A DNA stretch of 64,000 bases from Faecalibacterium sp. (GCA_050873025.1 JBNMHZ010000015.1:15-64014), one strand, 5' to 3'; shown: positions 15,382-25,090, counted from the first letter of the stretch. The notes: generated by a model from the letters alone, not told the origin. Numbers and translations are program-made.

Positions 15382-18135
15382 ATGAAGCAATATCCCGGTT
15401 ATACCACTCTCCGCACCGAACTCTGCCCGGAACAGCACGGTACCCTGACCGTGCTGACCCACGATGTGAGCGGGGCCACGGTGCTGCTGGTGGAAAATGA
15501 AGATACTAATAAGGCATTCGGCATCGGCTTCGGCACCTTCCCGTCCGATGACACCGGTGTGTTCCACATTCTGGAGCACTCGGTGCTGGCGGGCAGCGAG
15601 AAATACCCGGTCACCTCGCCGTTTCTGCAGCTGCTCAAGAGCAGCATGGCGTCTTTCCTGAACGCCATGACCTTCCCGGATAAGACCGTGTACCCGTTTG
15701 CCACCCCCAACGAGACCGACTTCAAAAACCTGATGGATGTCTACCTGAATGCGGTGTTCTGCCCGCTGGCCATGGTGGACAAAAGCGTGTTTGAGCAGGA
15801 GGGCTGGCACCGCGCGGCTGACGGCACTGTGAGCGGTGTGGTGTACAACGAGATGCAGGGCGCACTGGCTGCACCGGATGCCCAGCTGGAAAACGCGTTG
15901 GAGCGGGCGATGTTCCCGGATACGGCCTACGGCTTTGTTTCCGGCGGCGACCCGGAGAGCATCCCGGCGCTGACCTATGAAAAATACAAGCGGGTGTATC
16001 ACCGCCACTACAGCGCCGACAACTGCTGCATCACCCTTTATGGCAAGATGGACATGGCCGAAAAGCTGGCACAGCTGGACAAAGACTACCTATCCAAAAT
16101 GCCCAAGGGCACCAGCCGCCCGCGCCTGACTGTGCAGGCCGAGCAGACGGGTGTGTGCGTGGAACTGCCCTACTACACCGAGAACCCGGAGCCGGATCAG
16201 GTGCAGTGTGCACTGGCCTGGTACACCGGTGCCTTTGCAGACCGGGAACGTCAGCTGGGCGTGGAAATTTTGCTGGATGCCCTGCTTGGCACCAACAACT
16301 CGCCGCTGAAGGCCGCTCTGCTGGCGGAAAACTTAGGTGCCGATATTGATATCGGCTTTGATGACAGTACCCTGCAGCCGGTGCTGGAACTGGTGCTGCG
16401 CGGTGCCACCGAGGAAAGCGCCCGCAAGTTTGCCGCCGCCGTGCGCAAAGCGGTGGACGGCGTGCTGGCCGAGGGCATCCCGCAGGAGCTGCTGCTGGCT
16501 TCGCTGAACGCGGCAGAGTTTGCATCCCTCGAGCGCCCGGGCAGCCTGCCGGACGGCGTGCTGGACGCCATCAACGCTTCCACCGGCTGGCTGCACACCG
16601 GCGACCCGGCCCTGCTGCTGCACACGGACAAGCTGTTTGCTTCCCTGCGCGAGAAAATGGCGGGCGGCTGGTTCGATGAGCTGCTGCGTGAACTGTTTGC
16701 ACCGGCCCCGGTGCAGGTGGTGCAGGTGCCCACTCTGCCCAAGAAGGACGAGGAGAGTGAGCCCATCCGCACCGACGGCAAGCTGGTGCTGGAACACCCG
16801 CTGACTGCTGCCGACCTGGGCGACGGCGCAAAGAGTGCCCCCGGCGAGCGGGAGCTGCTGGCTGGTGCGCAGCTGCTGCATCATCCCTCGGCGGGCAGCC
16901 TGTACCTGAACTTCTACTACGACCTCGGCAATGCGAAGCCCGAGGATATGCAGTACCTTGACCTGCTCACTGACGTTCTGGACGAGCTGGACAGCAGCAC
17001 GCACACCGCCCAGCAACTGAACACCCTGCGCAGCACCTGGCTGGGCGACAGCCGCGTGCAGCTGGACATCTGGACCGGACGGCAGGCGGGCGCACCCTGC
17101 CACGCAAAGCTGAGCCTGTGCCTGAGCCTGCTGGAGCGCAGTCTGGAAAAGGCTGTGGAGCTGGGCGGAGAACTGCTGTATGACACCCAGCTCACCGGCC
17201 CGGCGGCCGAAGCGGCCTTTGCCCGTGTGCTGAGCCAGCAGAAGCTGAACATGGAGCAGCAGTTCATCCAGCAGGGCAACGCCTATGCGGCCACCCGCGC
17301 CAGCGCACATTATTCGGTGGACGGTGCAGTGAGCGAGCGCTGCAGCGGCGTGAGCTATTACAAATTCCTGTGCGGCGTACAGGAACGCGGCAATTGGGCT
17401 GCGCTTGGCGCAAAGCTGGAAGCCCTGCGCACGGATGTGCTGCAGCACGCAGAACTGACCGTGAGCCTGCACGGCAGCGAAGAGGCTCTTGCTAAACTGC
17501 GCACCCTGCTGCCGGGCAGCCGCTTTGCCGCCGAGGGCCGTGCTGCCGCAAAGCCCTATGTGGAGCCGCTGACACCCCCGGTGAACGAAGCTTTCATCAT
17601 TGACGGCGGTGTGAGCTACGATGTGCAGGTGTGGCCCATGGAGCGTCGCAGTGACCGCAAGGTGCTGGCCCGGGTGATGAGCTACGAATACCTGTGGCAC
17701 AACATCCGTGAGGTGGGCGGTGCCTATGGCACCGGCATGCTCTCTTCGGATGGCGTGGAGTATCTGTACACCTACCGTGACCCCCATGTGAAGGAAAGCT
17801 ATGAGACCTTTGCCAAGGGCCCGGCAGAGCTGGCTGCGCGTGAATACACCGAAAAAGACCTGAACGATTTCATCGTGGGCACCGTGGCAAAGCTGGATAC
17901 GCCCCGCAAGCCCCGCGCCGAGGCCCGGGAGTTGGACCGCCGGTACTTCTGCGGCATCACCGACGAGATGATGGCTGCAGACCGCAAGGCCCTGTGTGCG
18001 GTAGACGCTGCCCTGCTGAAAGAACAGGCTGCAGAGCTGGGTGCCGCCATGGCAAACGGCGTGCGCGTGGTGTTTGGCAGCAAGGATGCTGTGGAAGCGG
18101 CAAAAGACCTGTTTGATACGGTAGAGACGCTGTAA
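15382..18135 (+). CDS. Insulinase-family (peptidase M16C, PreP-like) zinc metalloprotease
   Basis: 917 aa. Contains the inverted zinc motif HILEH (FHILEHSVLAGSEKYP) and a downstream NEMQG Glu. The length is typical of M16C. Confidence 0.85.
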   Translation: MKQYPGYTTLRTELCPEQHGTLTVLTHDVSGATVLLVENEDTNKAFGIGFGTFPSDDTGVFHILEHSVLAGSEKYPVTSPFLQLLKSSMASFLNAMTFPDKTVYPFATPNETDFKNLMDVYLNAVFCPLAMVDKSVFEQEGWHRAADGTVSGVVYNEMQGALAAPDAQLENALERAMFPDTAYGFVSGGDPESIPALTYEKYKRVYHRHYSADNCCITLYGKMDMAEKLAQLDKDYLSKMPKGTSRPRLTVQAEQTGVCVELPYYTENPEPDQVQCALAWYTGAFADRERQLGVEILLDALLGTNNSPLKAALLAENLGADIDIGFDDSTLQPVLELVLRGATEESARKFAAAVRKAVDGVLAEGIPQELLLASLNAAEFASLERPGSLPDGVLDAINASTGWLHTGDPALLLHTDKLFASLREKMAGGWFDELLRELFAPAPVQVVQVPTLPKKDEESEPIRTDGKLVLEHPLTAADLGDGAKSAPGERELLAGAQLLHHPSAGSLYLNFYYDLGNAKPEDMQYLDLLTDVLDELDSSTHTAQQLNTLRSTWLGDSRVQLDIWTGRQAGAPCHAKLSLCLSLLERSLEKAVELGGELLYDTQLTGPAAEAAFARVLSQQKLNMEQQFIQQGNAYAATRASAHYSVDGAVSERCSGVSYYKFLCGVQERGNWAALGAKLEALRTDVLQHAELTVSLHGSEEALAKLRTLLPGSRFAAEGRAAAKPYVEPLTPPVNEAFIIDGGVSYDVQVWPMERRSDRKVLARVMSYEYLWHNIREVGGAYGTGMLSSDGVEYLYTYRDPHVKESYETFAKGPAELAAREYTEKDLNDFIVGTVAKLDTPRKPRAEARELDRRYFCGITDEMMAADRKALCAVDAALLKEQAAELGAAMANGVRVVFGSKDAVEAAKDLFDTVETL

Positions 18136-18159
18136 AGGGGCGGGGGCCTGCGTGCCGGC

Positions 18160-18366
18160 AGCTTTCTCTTCGGACACGAGTTCGGGTTGCGGCACCCAGC
18201 AGCTGCTTCGCATTCGCTTGCATCTTGCTGGCCGCTGCCCCAACAATAGCTCCTTGCTCCGGCCACTGGCCGCAGTCGCTATTGTTGCAGGCCATTCCAT
18301 CGCCCGCCCTATTGCCCTGCGGGCAACAGGGTCCCACCCCAGCGGACGGTCCTCAGAGAAACTACC
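18160..18366 (+). repeat. R2 repeat copy c, split by a nested reverse-oriented R3 copy (18180-18290)
   Basis: agctttctcttcggacacga (18160-18179) and gccattccatcgcccgccc...gagaaactacc (18291-18366) are contiguous in the other R2 copies. The ~111-nt insert matches the reverse complement of R3. Confidence 0.8.
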
Positions 18367-18424
18367 AGCCCACCGGCCCGAGAAAACCATATTGGCAGGA
18401 GTTTTTTGACCGCAATAAAATATA

Positions 18425-18468
18425 AAAAGTGCCTGATGATACGAAAAATATCATCGGGCACTTTTGCT
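18425..18468 (+). terminator. Rho-independent terminator after the M16 protease gene
   Basis: Hairpin GTGCCTGATGATA-loop-TATCATCGGGCAC followed by TTTT. Confidence 0.7.
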
Positions 18469-18503
18469 TTTTGTAAAGAAGTGGAAAAATTTTAAAAGCG
18501 GGG

Positions 18504-18532
18504 TTGACGCGGCCCCAAAGCGGTGGTAAAGT
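18504..18532 (+). promoter_or_regulatory. Putative sigma-A promoter of mgtE (gives a ~385-nt leader)
   Basis: TTGACG, 17 nt, TAAAGT. Confidence 0.4.
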
Positions 18533-18922
18533 AATGGGCGGAAAACACTGAAATGCTTTTCACAATACAGAAATGAGGTGGTTTTGTCATGGAACCTGCT
18601 GGCAGTAGCAGCAGTCTTTCTCCCCGATTATTGAATACGATGGCAGCCGCCGTTTCTGCTTTGAACGGGCCCTGCTGTGCGTGACCACGCACGGTTTGTG
18701 TTTGCGTTCCCATAAAAGAAGAAACGAGAGCTGCCAACCTTGGAAGCTGCTTTCATAACCATTTCACATCGCCTGAGCGGCCTTTTTGCCTGCATACTAC
18801 GTTGCTTTCCCTTGCAATCCGTCAGGATTGCTGCGGAAAATCGCCTTTTCTGCTGGCAAAAATTCTCGCCCATTCGACGCACCCTGGCTATGAAAACAGC
18901 TTCAAAAAGGAGGCAGTTTTTT

Positions 18923-20284
18923 ATGTCTGAAATTTCGATCAATACCCTCAAGACCATGCTGGCGAACCTCGACGATGCCAAAAAATATCAGAGCCTGCGG
19001 GACGTGATGGAGACTTTGCCTGCGCCCGATCTGGCCGCTGTGTTCGAGGATCTGCCCGCCGAAAAACTCCCGGTGCTGTTCCGCCTGTGCCCCAAAGACC
19101 TTGCGGCGGACGTGTTCACCGAGCTGACGCCGGAGACCCAGCAGAAACTCATCGACGGCCTGACCGATACCGAGCTGAAGGCTGTTGTGGATGAGCTGTT
19201 CGTGGACGACGCCACCGACCTTGTGGAGGAAATGCCCGCCAATGTGGTCAAGCGTATCCTGAATCAGGCAGATCCCGCCACTCGCCGCATGATCAACGAA
19301 CTGCTCAAGTACCCGGAGGACTCTGCCGGCGGCGTGATGACCACCGAGTTCATGGAACTGCGGCCCGATATGACCGTAGAGCAGGCCATGGAAGCCATCC
19401 GGAAGAACGGTTTTGATAAGGAGACCATCAACAACTGCTATGTCACCGATGGCAGCCGTAAACTGGTGGGCGTGATGTCCCTGCGGGCACTGGTGCTGGC
19501 AAAGGATACCGCAGAGCCCATTAAAAACCTGATGGACGGCAATGTGGTGAGCGTGAGCACTACCACTGACCAGGAAGATGTTTCCAACCTGTTTGAGAAA
19601 TACGGCTTTCTGGCCATTCCCGTTGTGGACGCCGAGAACCGTCTGGTGGGCATTGTGACCATCGATGATGCAATCAGCATCCTGCAGGACGAGGCCAGCG
19701 AGGATATCGCCAAGATGAACGCTATCGGCCCCTCCGACAAGCCCTACTTCAAGCAGAGCATGTGGGACCTGTACAAGAGCCGTGCGCCCTGGCTGCTGTT
19801 TCTGATGATCAGCGCCACCTTCTCCAGTCTGGTCATCCGGGGCTATGAAGATGCCCTGGCTGCCGTGACCGTGCTGACCGCCTACATCCCCATGCTGACC
19901 GATGCCGGCGGCAACGCAGGCAGCCAGAGCACTTCCACCATCATCCGCGGCATGGCGGTGGGCGACATCCAGCCCCACGACCTACCCCGCATCCTCTGGC
20001 GCGAGAGCCGCGTGGCTCTGCTGTGCGGCGGCACGCTGGCTGTGTGCAACTTTGCAAAGATGCTGCTGTTCGACCGCATTGCGGCTCCGGTGGCGCTGGT
20101 GGTGTGCCTGACCCTGATCTGCACCATTCTGCTGAGCCAGCTCATCGGCGGCATCCTGCCCGTGGCAGCCGAAAAGCTGCACGTAGACCCGGCGGTCATG
20201 GCTTCGCCCCTTATCACCACGATCGTGGATACCACCACCCTGCTGGTGTACTTCAACATTGCAAAGATGCTGCTGCATCTGTAA
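18923..20284 (+). CDS. mgtE: Magnesium transporter MgtE
   Basis: The ORF is open from 18740, but the ATG at 18923 follows AAAGGAGG. An N-domain and tandem CBS domains are present, and the C-terminal TM domain carries PMLTDAGGNAGSQS. Confidence 0.92.
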   Translation: MSEISINTLKTMLANLDDAKKYQSLRDVMETLPAPDLAAVFEDLPAEKLPVLFRLCPKDLAADVFTELTPETQQKLIDGLTDTELKAVVDELFVDDATDLVEEMPANVVKRILNQADPATRRMINELLKYPEDSAGGVMTTEFMELRPDMTVEQAMEAIRKNGFDKETINNCYVTDGSRKLVGVMSLRALVLAKDTAEPIKNLMDGNVVSVSTTTDQEDVSNLFEKYGFLAIPVVDAENRLVGIVTIDDAISILQDEASEDIAKMNAIGPSDKPYFKQSMWDLYKSRAPWLLFLMISATFSSLVIRGYEDALAAVTVLTAYIPMLTDAGGNAGSQSTSTIIRGMAVGDIQPHDLPRILWRESRVALLCGGTLAVCNFAKMLLFDRIAAPVALVVCLTLICTILLSQLIGGILPVAAEKLHVDPAVMASPLITTIVDTTTLLVYFNIAKMLLHL

Positions 20285-20297
20285 GATGTATTTTATC

Positions 20298-20343
20298 AGA
20301 ACGTCCGGAAGCGCTGTAAAGCTTCCGGGCGTTCTTTTTTTGC
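20298..20343 (+). terminator. Rho-independent terminator after mgtE
   Basis: Hairpin AGAACGTCCGGAAGC-loop-GCTTCCGGGCGTTCT followed by T8. Confidence 0.8.
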
Positions 20344-20670
20344 TTAAAAGCAGGTGGCGGTACCGGACCGGGAATAAGTGCTGCCTTGCAGAAATTTGCG
20401 GGAAAAGAACGGAAAAGCGCAGAAAGACGGGAAAGAACTATTCCTGAAAATATTTTTCAAAATATACAAGAAACAGAACGCGACACAAAATGAGCCGATG
20501 CAACATTTTGTAATCTTTTTGAAAGAAAAATGACACATGCTTTTTGCATTTATCCAACGGTTGCAAAAGCATGAAAAATTGTGATGCTTCGCGAAAAGAA
20601 ATCATCGACAAGAAAAACCATTTGTTGAAATAGCACAAAACAAATCCGTCAATCTTGTGAACTTGTTCTC

Positions 20671-20700
20671 TTGAACAGTGGGGTGGTGCAAGGGTATAAT
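20671..20700 (+). promoter_or_regulatory. Putative sigma-A promoter of the mgl-type operon
   Basis: TTGAAC, 18 nt, TATAAT, about 75 nt upstream of the start. Confidence 0.45.
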
Positions 20701-20775
20701 ACGAACAGGATTACAGGTGCATGCAAGATTGTTCCTGTGTAAATGCTGAGATACGAAATGAAGGAGAACACTATT

Positions 20776-21828
20776 ATGAAAATGATTTCTCGTCGTGACT
20801 TCCTGAAGGCATCCGCTGTTGTTGGCGCAACTGCTGCCATGACCGCCTGCGGCGGCTCCTCCAGCACTTCTACTGCTGCTTCCTCTGTGGCTGCATCTTC
20901 TGCCGCTGCTTCCAGTGCTGCTGCAACCAACGGCTCCGCAAACATCGGCGTGTGCATCTATCAGTTTGCTGATAACTTCATGACCCTGTACCGCACCGAT
21001 CTGGAAGAGTACCTGAAGGATATGGGTTACTCCGTCACCATCATGGACGGCAAGAACGACCAGAACACTCAGACCGAGCAGATCAACACCTTCCTGCAGC
21101 AGGGCGTGGACGTGCTGGTCATCAACCCCGTGCAGACCACTTCCGCACAGACCATCGTTGACACCATCTCTCCGTCCGGCACCCCCATCGTCTTTATCAA
21201 CCGTGAGCCCGACAAGAGCGTGCTGGACTCCTATGCAGACAAGTGCTGCTACGTTGGCGCTGACGCACGTCAGTCCGGTACTTACCAGGGTGAGCTGATC
21301 CTGGAGACCGAGACCCAGGGCGATATCAACGGCGACGGCAAGATCACCTACATTATGTGCAAGGGCGACCCCGAGAACATCGATGCTCAGTACCGCACCG
21401 AGTATTCCATCAAGGCTCTGACCGATGCAGGCAAGGAAGTTGAGTGCCTGTACGAGTACCTGGATAACTGGGATCAGACCACCGCTCAGCAGGACGTTGC
21501 AAACGCTCTGTCTCAGTACGGCGACAAGATCGAAGTTGTGTTCTGCAACAACGATGCAATGGCACTGGGCGCTCTGCAGTCCATCCAGCAGGCTGGCCGC
21601 ACCGTTGGCAAGGACATCTATCTGGTCGGCGTCGATGCACTGGCCGAGGCTGTGCAGGACGTTCTGGATGGCAACATGACCGGTACCGTGCTGAACGACG
21701 ACGTGGGCCAGGCTACTGCAGCTGCTGAGGCTACCAAGCTGTACGTCGAAGGCTCCAAGGTCGAGCAGTACTACTGGGTCGACTATGTGAAGGTGACCAA
21801 GGACAACGCTTCTGAGTACGTGAAGTAA
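20776..21828 (+). CDS. mglB: Galactose/glucose-type ABC transporter substrate-binding lipoprotein (MglB-like)
   Basis: The ATG at 20776 follows GAAGGAG. The signal is MKMISRRDFLKASAVVGATAAMTACGG (twin-Arg-like, with lipobox). The sequence is PBP type 1 sugar-binding (VINPVQTTSAQTIV, VFCNNDAMALGA). Confidence 0.85.
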   Translation: MKMISRRDFLKASAVVGATAAMTACGGSSSTSTAASSVAASSAAASSAAATNGSANIGVCIYQFADNFMTLYRTDLEEYLKDMGYSVTIMDGKNDQNTQTEQINTFLQQGVDVLVINPVQTTSAQTIVDTISPSGTPIVFINREPDKSVLDSYADKCCYVGADARQSGTYQGELILETETQGDINGDGKITYIMCKGDPENIDAQYRTEYSIKALTDAGKEVECLYEYLDNWDQTTAQQDVANALSQYGDKIEVVFCNNDAMALGALQSIQQAGRTVGKDIYLVGVDALAEAVQDVLDGNMTGTVLNDDVGQATAAAEATKLYVEGSKVEQYYWVDYVKVTKDNASEYVK

Positions 21829-21894
21829 GACCAAAGTTCCCTGAAACAATGCAAGGTGCGCAGTGAACCTTGACGGCTTGAACAAAGCTATAAA

Positions 21895-21939
21895 GCGCGT
21901 GCGTGCGAGAAAGATTCTCCGCGCACGCGCCTTGTTTTG
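21895..21939 (+). terminator. Intercistronic hairpin/partial terminator between mglB and mglA
   Basis: Hairpin GCGCGTGCG-loop-CGCACGCGC followed by cTTGTTTTG. This arrangement is typical for over-expression of the binding protein. Confidence 0.5.
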
Positions 21940-21991
21940 AAAAAAAGGTTTTTCTGCGGCCTTATTATAAAAGACAAGGAGGCTCTGCGGA

Positions 21992-23530
21992 ATGTCAGAA
22001 TACCGTCTGGTAATGAAAGGCGTGGTCAAGACCTTCCCCGGCGTCAAAGCGCTGGATCACGCCCAGTTGGAGCTTCGCCCCGGTAAGGTCATGGCGCTGA
22101 TGGGCGAAAACGGCGCCGGTAAGTCCACTTTGATGAAATGCATGTTCGGCATTTACAAGATGGACGAGGGCGAAATCGAATACGAGGGCGAAAAAGTTAC
22201 CATCCCCACCCCTTTGGATGCACTGAACCGCGGCATTGCCATGGTGCATCAGGAACTGCAGCCGATCCCGGCCCGTACCGTGGCCGAAAACATCTGGCTG
22301 GGCCGCTACCCCACCAAAAAGTACGGCCCCGTTACGATCGTGGATCACCCCAAAATGTATAAGGACACCGAGGAACTGCTCAAGAAGCTGAAGCTGGAGA
22401 TCAACCCCCACGCAAAGCTGGGCAGCTTGAGCATTGCACAGATGCAGATGGTGGAAATTGCAAAGGCCGTTTCCGCAAACTGCAAGGTGCTGATTCTGGA
22501 CGAGCCCACTTCCTCGCTGACCGCAAACGAAGTGGAAAGCCTGTTCCGCATCATGCGGGAGCTGAAGGCTCTGGGTGTGGCTCTGGTCTACATCAGCCAC
22601 AAGATGGACGAGATCAAGGTGATCGCGGACGAAGTGACCATCATGCGCGATGGCAAGTACATCGGCAAATGGGACGTGGCCGAGATGACCAAGGAGCAGA
22701 TCATCGCAAAGATGGTGGGCCGTGAGCTCTCCAACCTGTATCCCCCGCTGGAGAACCACCCCTCCGACGAAGTGATGATGAAGGTGGAGGATTTTACCTC
22801 CATCCATCCGCGTTCCTTCCGCCACTGCAGCTTCGAGATCCACAAGGGCGAGATCCTGGGCGTGGCCGGCCTGGTGGGCGCACAGCGTACCGAGCTGATG
22901 GAAGGCATCTTCGGCCTGCGTGCCCACACCTCCGGCAAGGTGTGGATCAAGGGCGAAGAGGTGAACATCAAGCAGCCTCGCGATGCCATCCAGAAGAGCG
23001 TGGCTCTGCTGACCGAGGACCGCCGTGCTACCGGCATTATGGGCGTGCTGAGCGTTGCCGACAACATCTCCATTGCATCGCTGGATGCCCTGCGCAAGGG
23101 CCCCATCATGCTGGACAACAAGAAGATCCTGGATCTGGTGGCCACCAACAAAGAGAAGATGGCCATCAAGGTGCCCAGCCCCAAGACCCAGATCAAGAGC
23201 CTTTCCGGCGGCAACCAGCAGAAGGTGCTGATCGCCCGTTGGCTGGCCAACAACCCCGATGTGCTGATCCTGGACGAGCCCACCCGCGGCATCGACGTTG
23301 GTGCAAAGTATGAAATTTACTGCATCATTGCCGATCTGGCAAAGCAGGGCAAGAGCATCATCATGATCTCTTCGGAAATGAGCGAGATCATTGGTATGTC
23401 CAACCGCGTCATGGTCATGTGCGATGGCCGCATCACCGGCTTCATCGATGGCAAGGACGCTACCCAGGAAAACATCATGGCGCTGGCTACCCAGTTTGAG
23501 ACCGCACCCACCGCTGCGGCAAATCAGTAA
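21992..23530 (+). CDS. mglA: Galactose/methyl-galactoside ABC transporter ATP-binding protein (duplicated ABC domains)
   Basis: 512 aa. Contains FPGVKALDHAQLELRPGKVMALMGENGAGKSTLMKCMFG, the second-domain signature LSGGNQQKVLIARWL, and LILDEPTRGIDVGAK. Confidence 0.92.
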   Translation: MSEYRLVMKGVVKTFPGVKALDHAQLELRPGKVMALMGENGAGKSTLMKCMFGIYKMDEGEIEYEGEKVTIPTPLDALNRGIAMVHQELQPIPARTVAENIWLGRYPTKKYGPVTIVDHPKMYKDTEELLKKLKLEINPHAKLGSLSIAQMQMVEIAKAVSANCKVLILDEPTSSLTANEVESLFRIMRELKALGVALVYISHKMDEIKVIADEVTIMRDGKYIGKWDVAEMTKEQIIAKMVGRELSNLYPPLENHPSDEVMMKVEDFTSIHPRSFRHCSFEIHKGEILGVAGLVGAQRTELMEGIFGLRAHTSGKVWIKGEEVNIKQPRDAIQKSVALLTEDRRATGIMGVLSVADNISIASLDALRKGPIMLDNKKILDLVATNKEKMAIKVPSPKTQIKSLSGGNQQKVLIARWLANNPDVLILDEPTRGIDVGAKYEIYCIIADLAKQGKSIIMISSEMSEIIGMSNRVMVMCDGRITGFIDGKDATQENIMALATQFETAPTAAANQ

Positions 23531-23548
23531 ATAAGGAGGCTGTCTATC

Positions 23549-24547
23549 GTGGAAGCTACCAAAAAATTGAATGGCAAGGCTGTGGGCAAGTGGCTCAGCA
23601 ACAACGCCATTATCGTGATGATGCTGGCCGTTTCGCTGGTGGTTGGCATTATGCACCCCAACTTCTTCTCCGGCACGAACCTCATCAACCTGTTCAAGAA
23701 CGTGTCCATCCGCTATATCATTGCACTGGGAATTTCCGGCTGTCTGATCACCACCGGCAACGACCTGTCCGCAGGTCGTCTGGCTGGCTTTGCAGCCTGC
23801 CTGGCCTGCATCTTTGCGCAGACGGAAGGCGCATCCGGCAAGTTCTATGCCAATATGCCCACCCTGCCTACCCCCGTGGTGTTCCTGCTGGTCATTGCCA
23901 TCTGCGCCATCGTGGGCCTGTGCAACGGTCTGGTGGTCAGCTACCTGAAGGTGCAGCCCTTTATTGCTACGCTGGGTATGCAGCAGGTGGTTTACGGTAT
24001 CTGCCTGGTGTACACCGGTGGTACCCCCATCGGCTCCCTGAACAAGAACTTCACCTCTCTGGCATCCAACACCATTCTGGCCATCCCCGTGCTGATCTGG
24101 ATCGCACTGGTGGTTGCAGTGTGCTTCTGGTTCCTGTACAACAAGACCCGCCACGGCAAGTATATGTACGCCATCGGCGGCAACGAAGCTGCTGCTGAGG
24201 TGGCCGGCGTCAACGTGGCTGCTACCAAGATCCGCATCTACATCCTGGCTTCCTGCATGTTCGGTCTGGCAGGCTGCCTGCTGGCTGCAAAGTCCGGCGG
24301 CGCATCTGTCAACACTGCACAGGGCTATGAGCTGGACGCCATCGCAGCCTGCACCATCGGCGGTGTTTCCACCACTGGCGGCGTCGGCACCGTGCCCGGC
24401 GTTCTGGTTGGTGTTCTGGTCTTTGAGCTGATGAAGGTGGCGCTGCAGTTCATGAACGTGAACTCTTCTTACACCTACATCGTCCAGGGCCTGGTCATCA
24501 TCGTGGCTGTGGCTATCGATATCCGCAAGTATCTGGCAAAGAAGTAA
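23549..24547 (+). CDS. mglC: Sugar ABC transporter permease (MglC-like)
   Basis: 332 aa, about 9 TM segments. GTG start 9 nt after AAGGAGG. A branched-chain/monosaccharide permease family pattern is present (IGGNEAAAEVAGVNV). Confidence 0.88.
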   Translation: MEATKKLNGKAVGKWLSNNAIIVMMLAVSLVVGIMHPNFFSGTNLINLFKNVSIRYIIALGISGCLITTGNDLSAGRLAGFAACLACIFAQTEGASGKFYANMPTLPTPVVFLLVIAICAIVGLCNGLVVSYLKVQPFIATLGMQQVVYGICLVYTGGTPIGSLNKNFTSLASNTILAIPVLIWIALVVAVCFWFLYNKTRHGKYMYAIGGNEAAAEVAGVNVAATKIRIYILASCMFGLAGCLLAAKSGGASVNTAQGYELDAIAACTIGGVSTTGGVGTVPGVLVGVLVFELMKVALQFMNVNSSYTYIVQGLVIIVAVAIDIRKYLAKK

Positions 24548-24559
24548 GACCTCTTTCCG

Positions 24560-24598
24560 GTGGGCTGCCTGCTGTATGGTGGGCGGCCCACTTTTTTT
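24560..24598 (+). terminator. Rho-independent terminator after mglC
   Basis: Hairpin GTGGGCTGCC-loop-GGCGGCCCAC followed by T7. Confidence 0.7.
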
Positions 24599-24650
24599 GT
24601 TTATATTTGTGTGGTATCATAAAAGAAAACACCATCAGGAGGGGGATACC

Positions 24651-24971
24651 ATGGCACAGGAAAAACAGACGCAGGAAGAACGCGAGGCAGAGCTGGCCCG
24701 GCGTGAAGCGGTTCTTGCCGCCCGGGAAGCCCAGCTTGCGCAGGAGCAGGCAGAGCTGGCCGGACAGAAGGCCGACTTTGAAGAGGGTAAGAAGAGCCTG
24801 CTTGACAACGGCGACAAGAATTTTGTGAACCCGAAGGAGAAAATTTACGATAAATTTCCGCTGACGGTGCACCAGATGGATATCATCATCGGGGTGCTGT
24901 TTGCACTGATCGCGCTGTTCCTTGTGCTGGGTGTGACCCATACCAGCTTCTTCGGGCTGTTTGGAGGGTGA
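24651..24971 (+). CDS. Hypothetical coiled-coil protein with a C-terminal TM helix
   Basis: The ATG at 24651 follows AGGAGGGGG. 106 aa. The Glu/Ala/Gln-rich N-terminal half (EEREAELARREAVLAAREAQLAQEQAELAG) is followed by the hydrophobic IIIGVLFALIALFLVLGV. Confidence 0.55.
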   Translation: MAQEKQTQEEREAELARREAVLAAREAQLAQEQAELAGQKADFEEGKKSLLDNGDKNFVNPKEKIYDKFPLTVHQMDIIIGVLFALIALFLVLGVTHTSFFGLFGG

Positions 24972-24988
24972 ACTGCCCGCTTCACCTG

Positions 24989-25035
24989 ACGATTGAAAAT
25001 GTCCTCCGCTGACGCTCTGGACATATTATAGGAAC
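24989..25035 (+). repeat. R1 repeat, copy d
   Basis: gacgattgaaaatgtcctccgctgacgctctgg. It lies 18 nt downstream of the stop at 24971, in sense orientation. Confidence 0.7.
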
Positions 25036-25044
25036 TTTATTTTA

Positions 25045-25090
25045 ACAGTGCACCAGAAAAATCTGTGGATTTTTCTGGTGCACTGTTTCA
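25045..25090 (+). terminator. Rho-independent terminator
   Basis: 19-bp hairpin ACAGTGCACCAGAAAAATC-tgtg-GATTTTTCTGGTGCACTGT followed by TT. Confidence 0.7.

Noticed and set aside
18560-18740. An M-box (ykoK) riboswitch call upstream of mgtE.
   Set aside because: It is expected from context, but I could not align the conserved M-box blocks by eye. It is reported only as an unexplained leader, and a covariance-model scan is needed.
18740-18922. A 61-codon N-terminal extension of mgtE.
   Set aside because: The extension has no RBS and no MgtE-like sequence. The ATG at 18923 follows AAAGGAGG, and the conserved N-domain starts there.
20344-20640. Small ORFs in the AT-rich region upstream of the mgl operon.
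   Set aside because: They are short, AT-rich and lack ribosome-binding sites. The region is more plausibly promoter/regulatory DNA.
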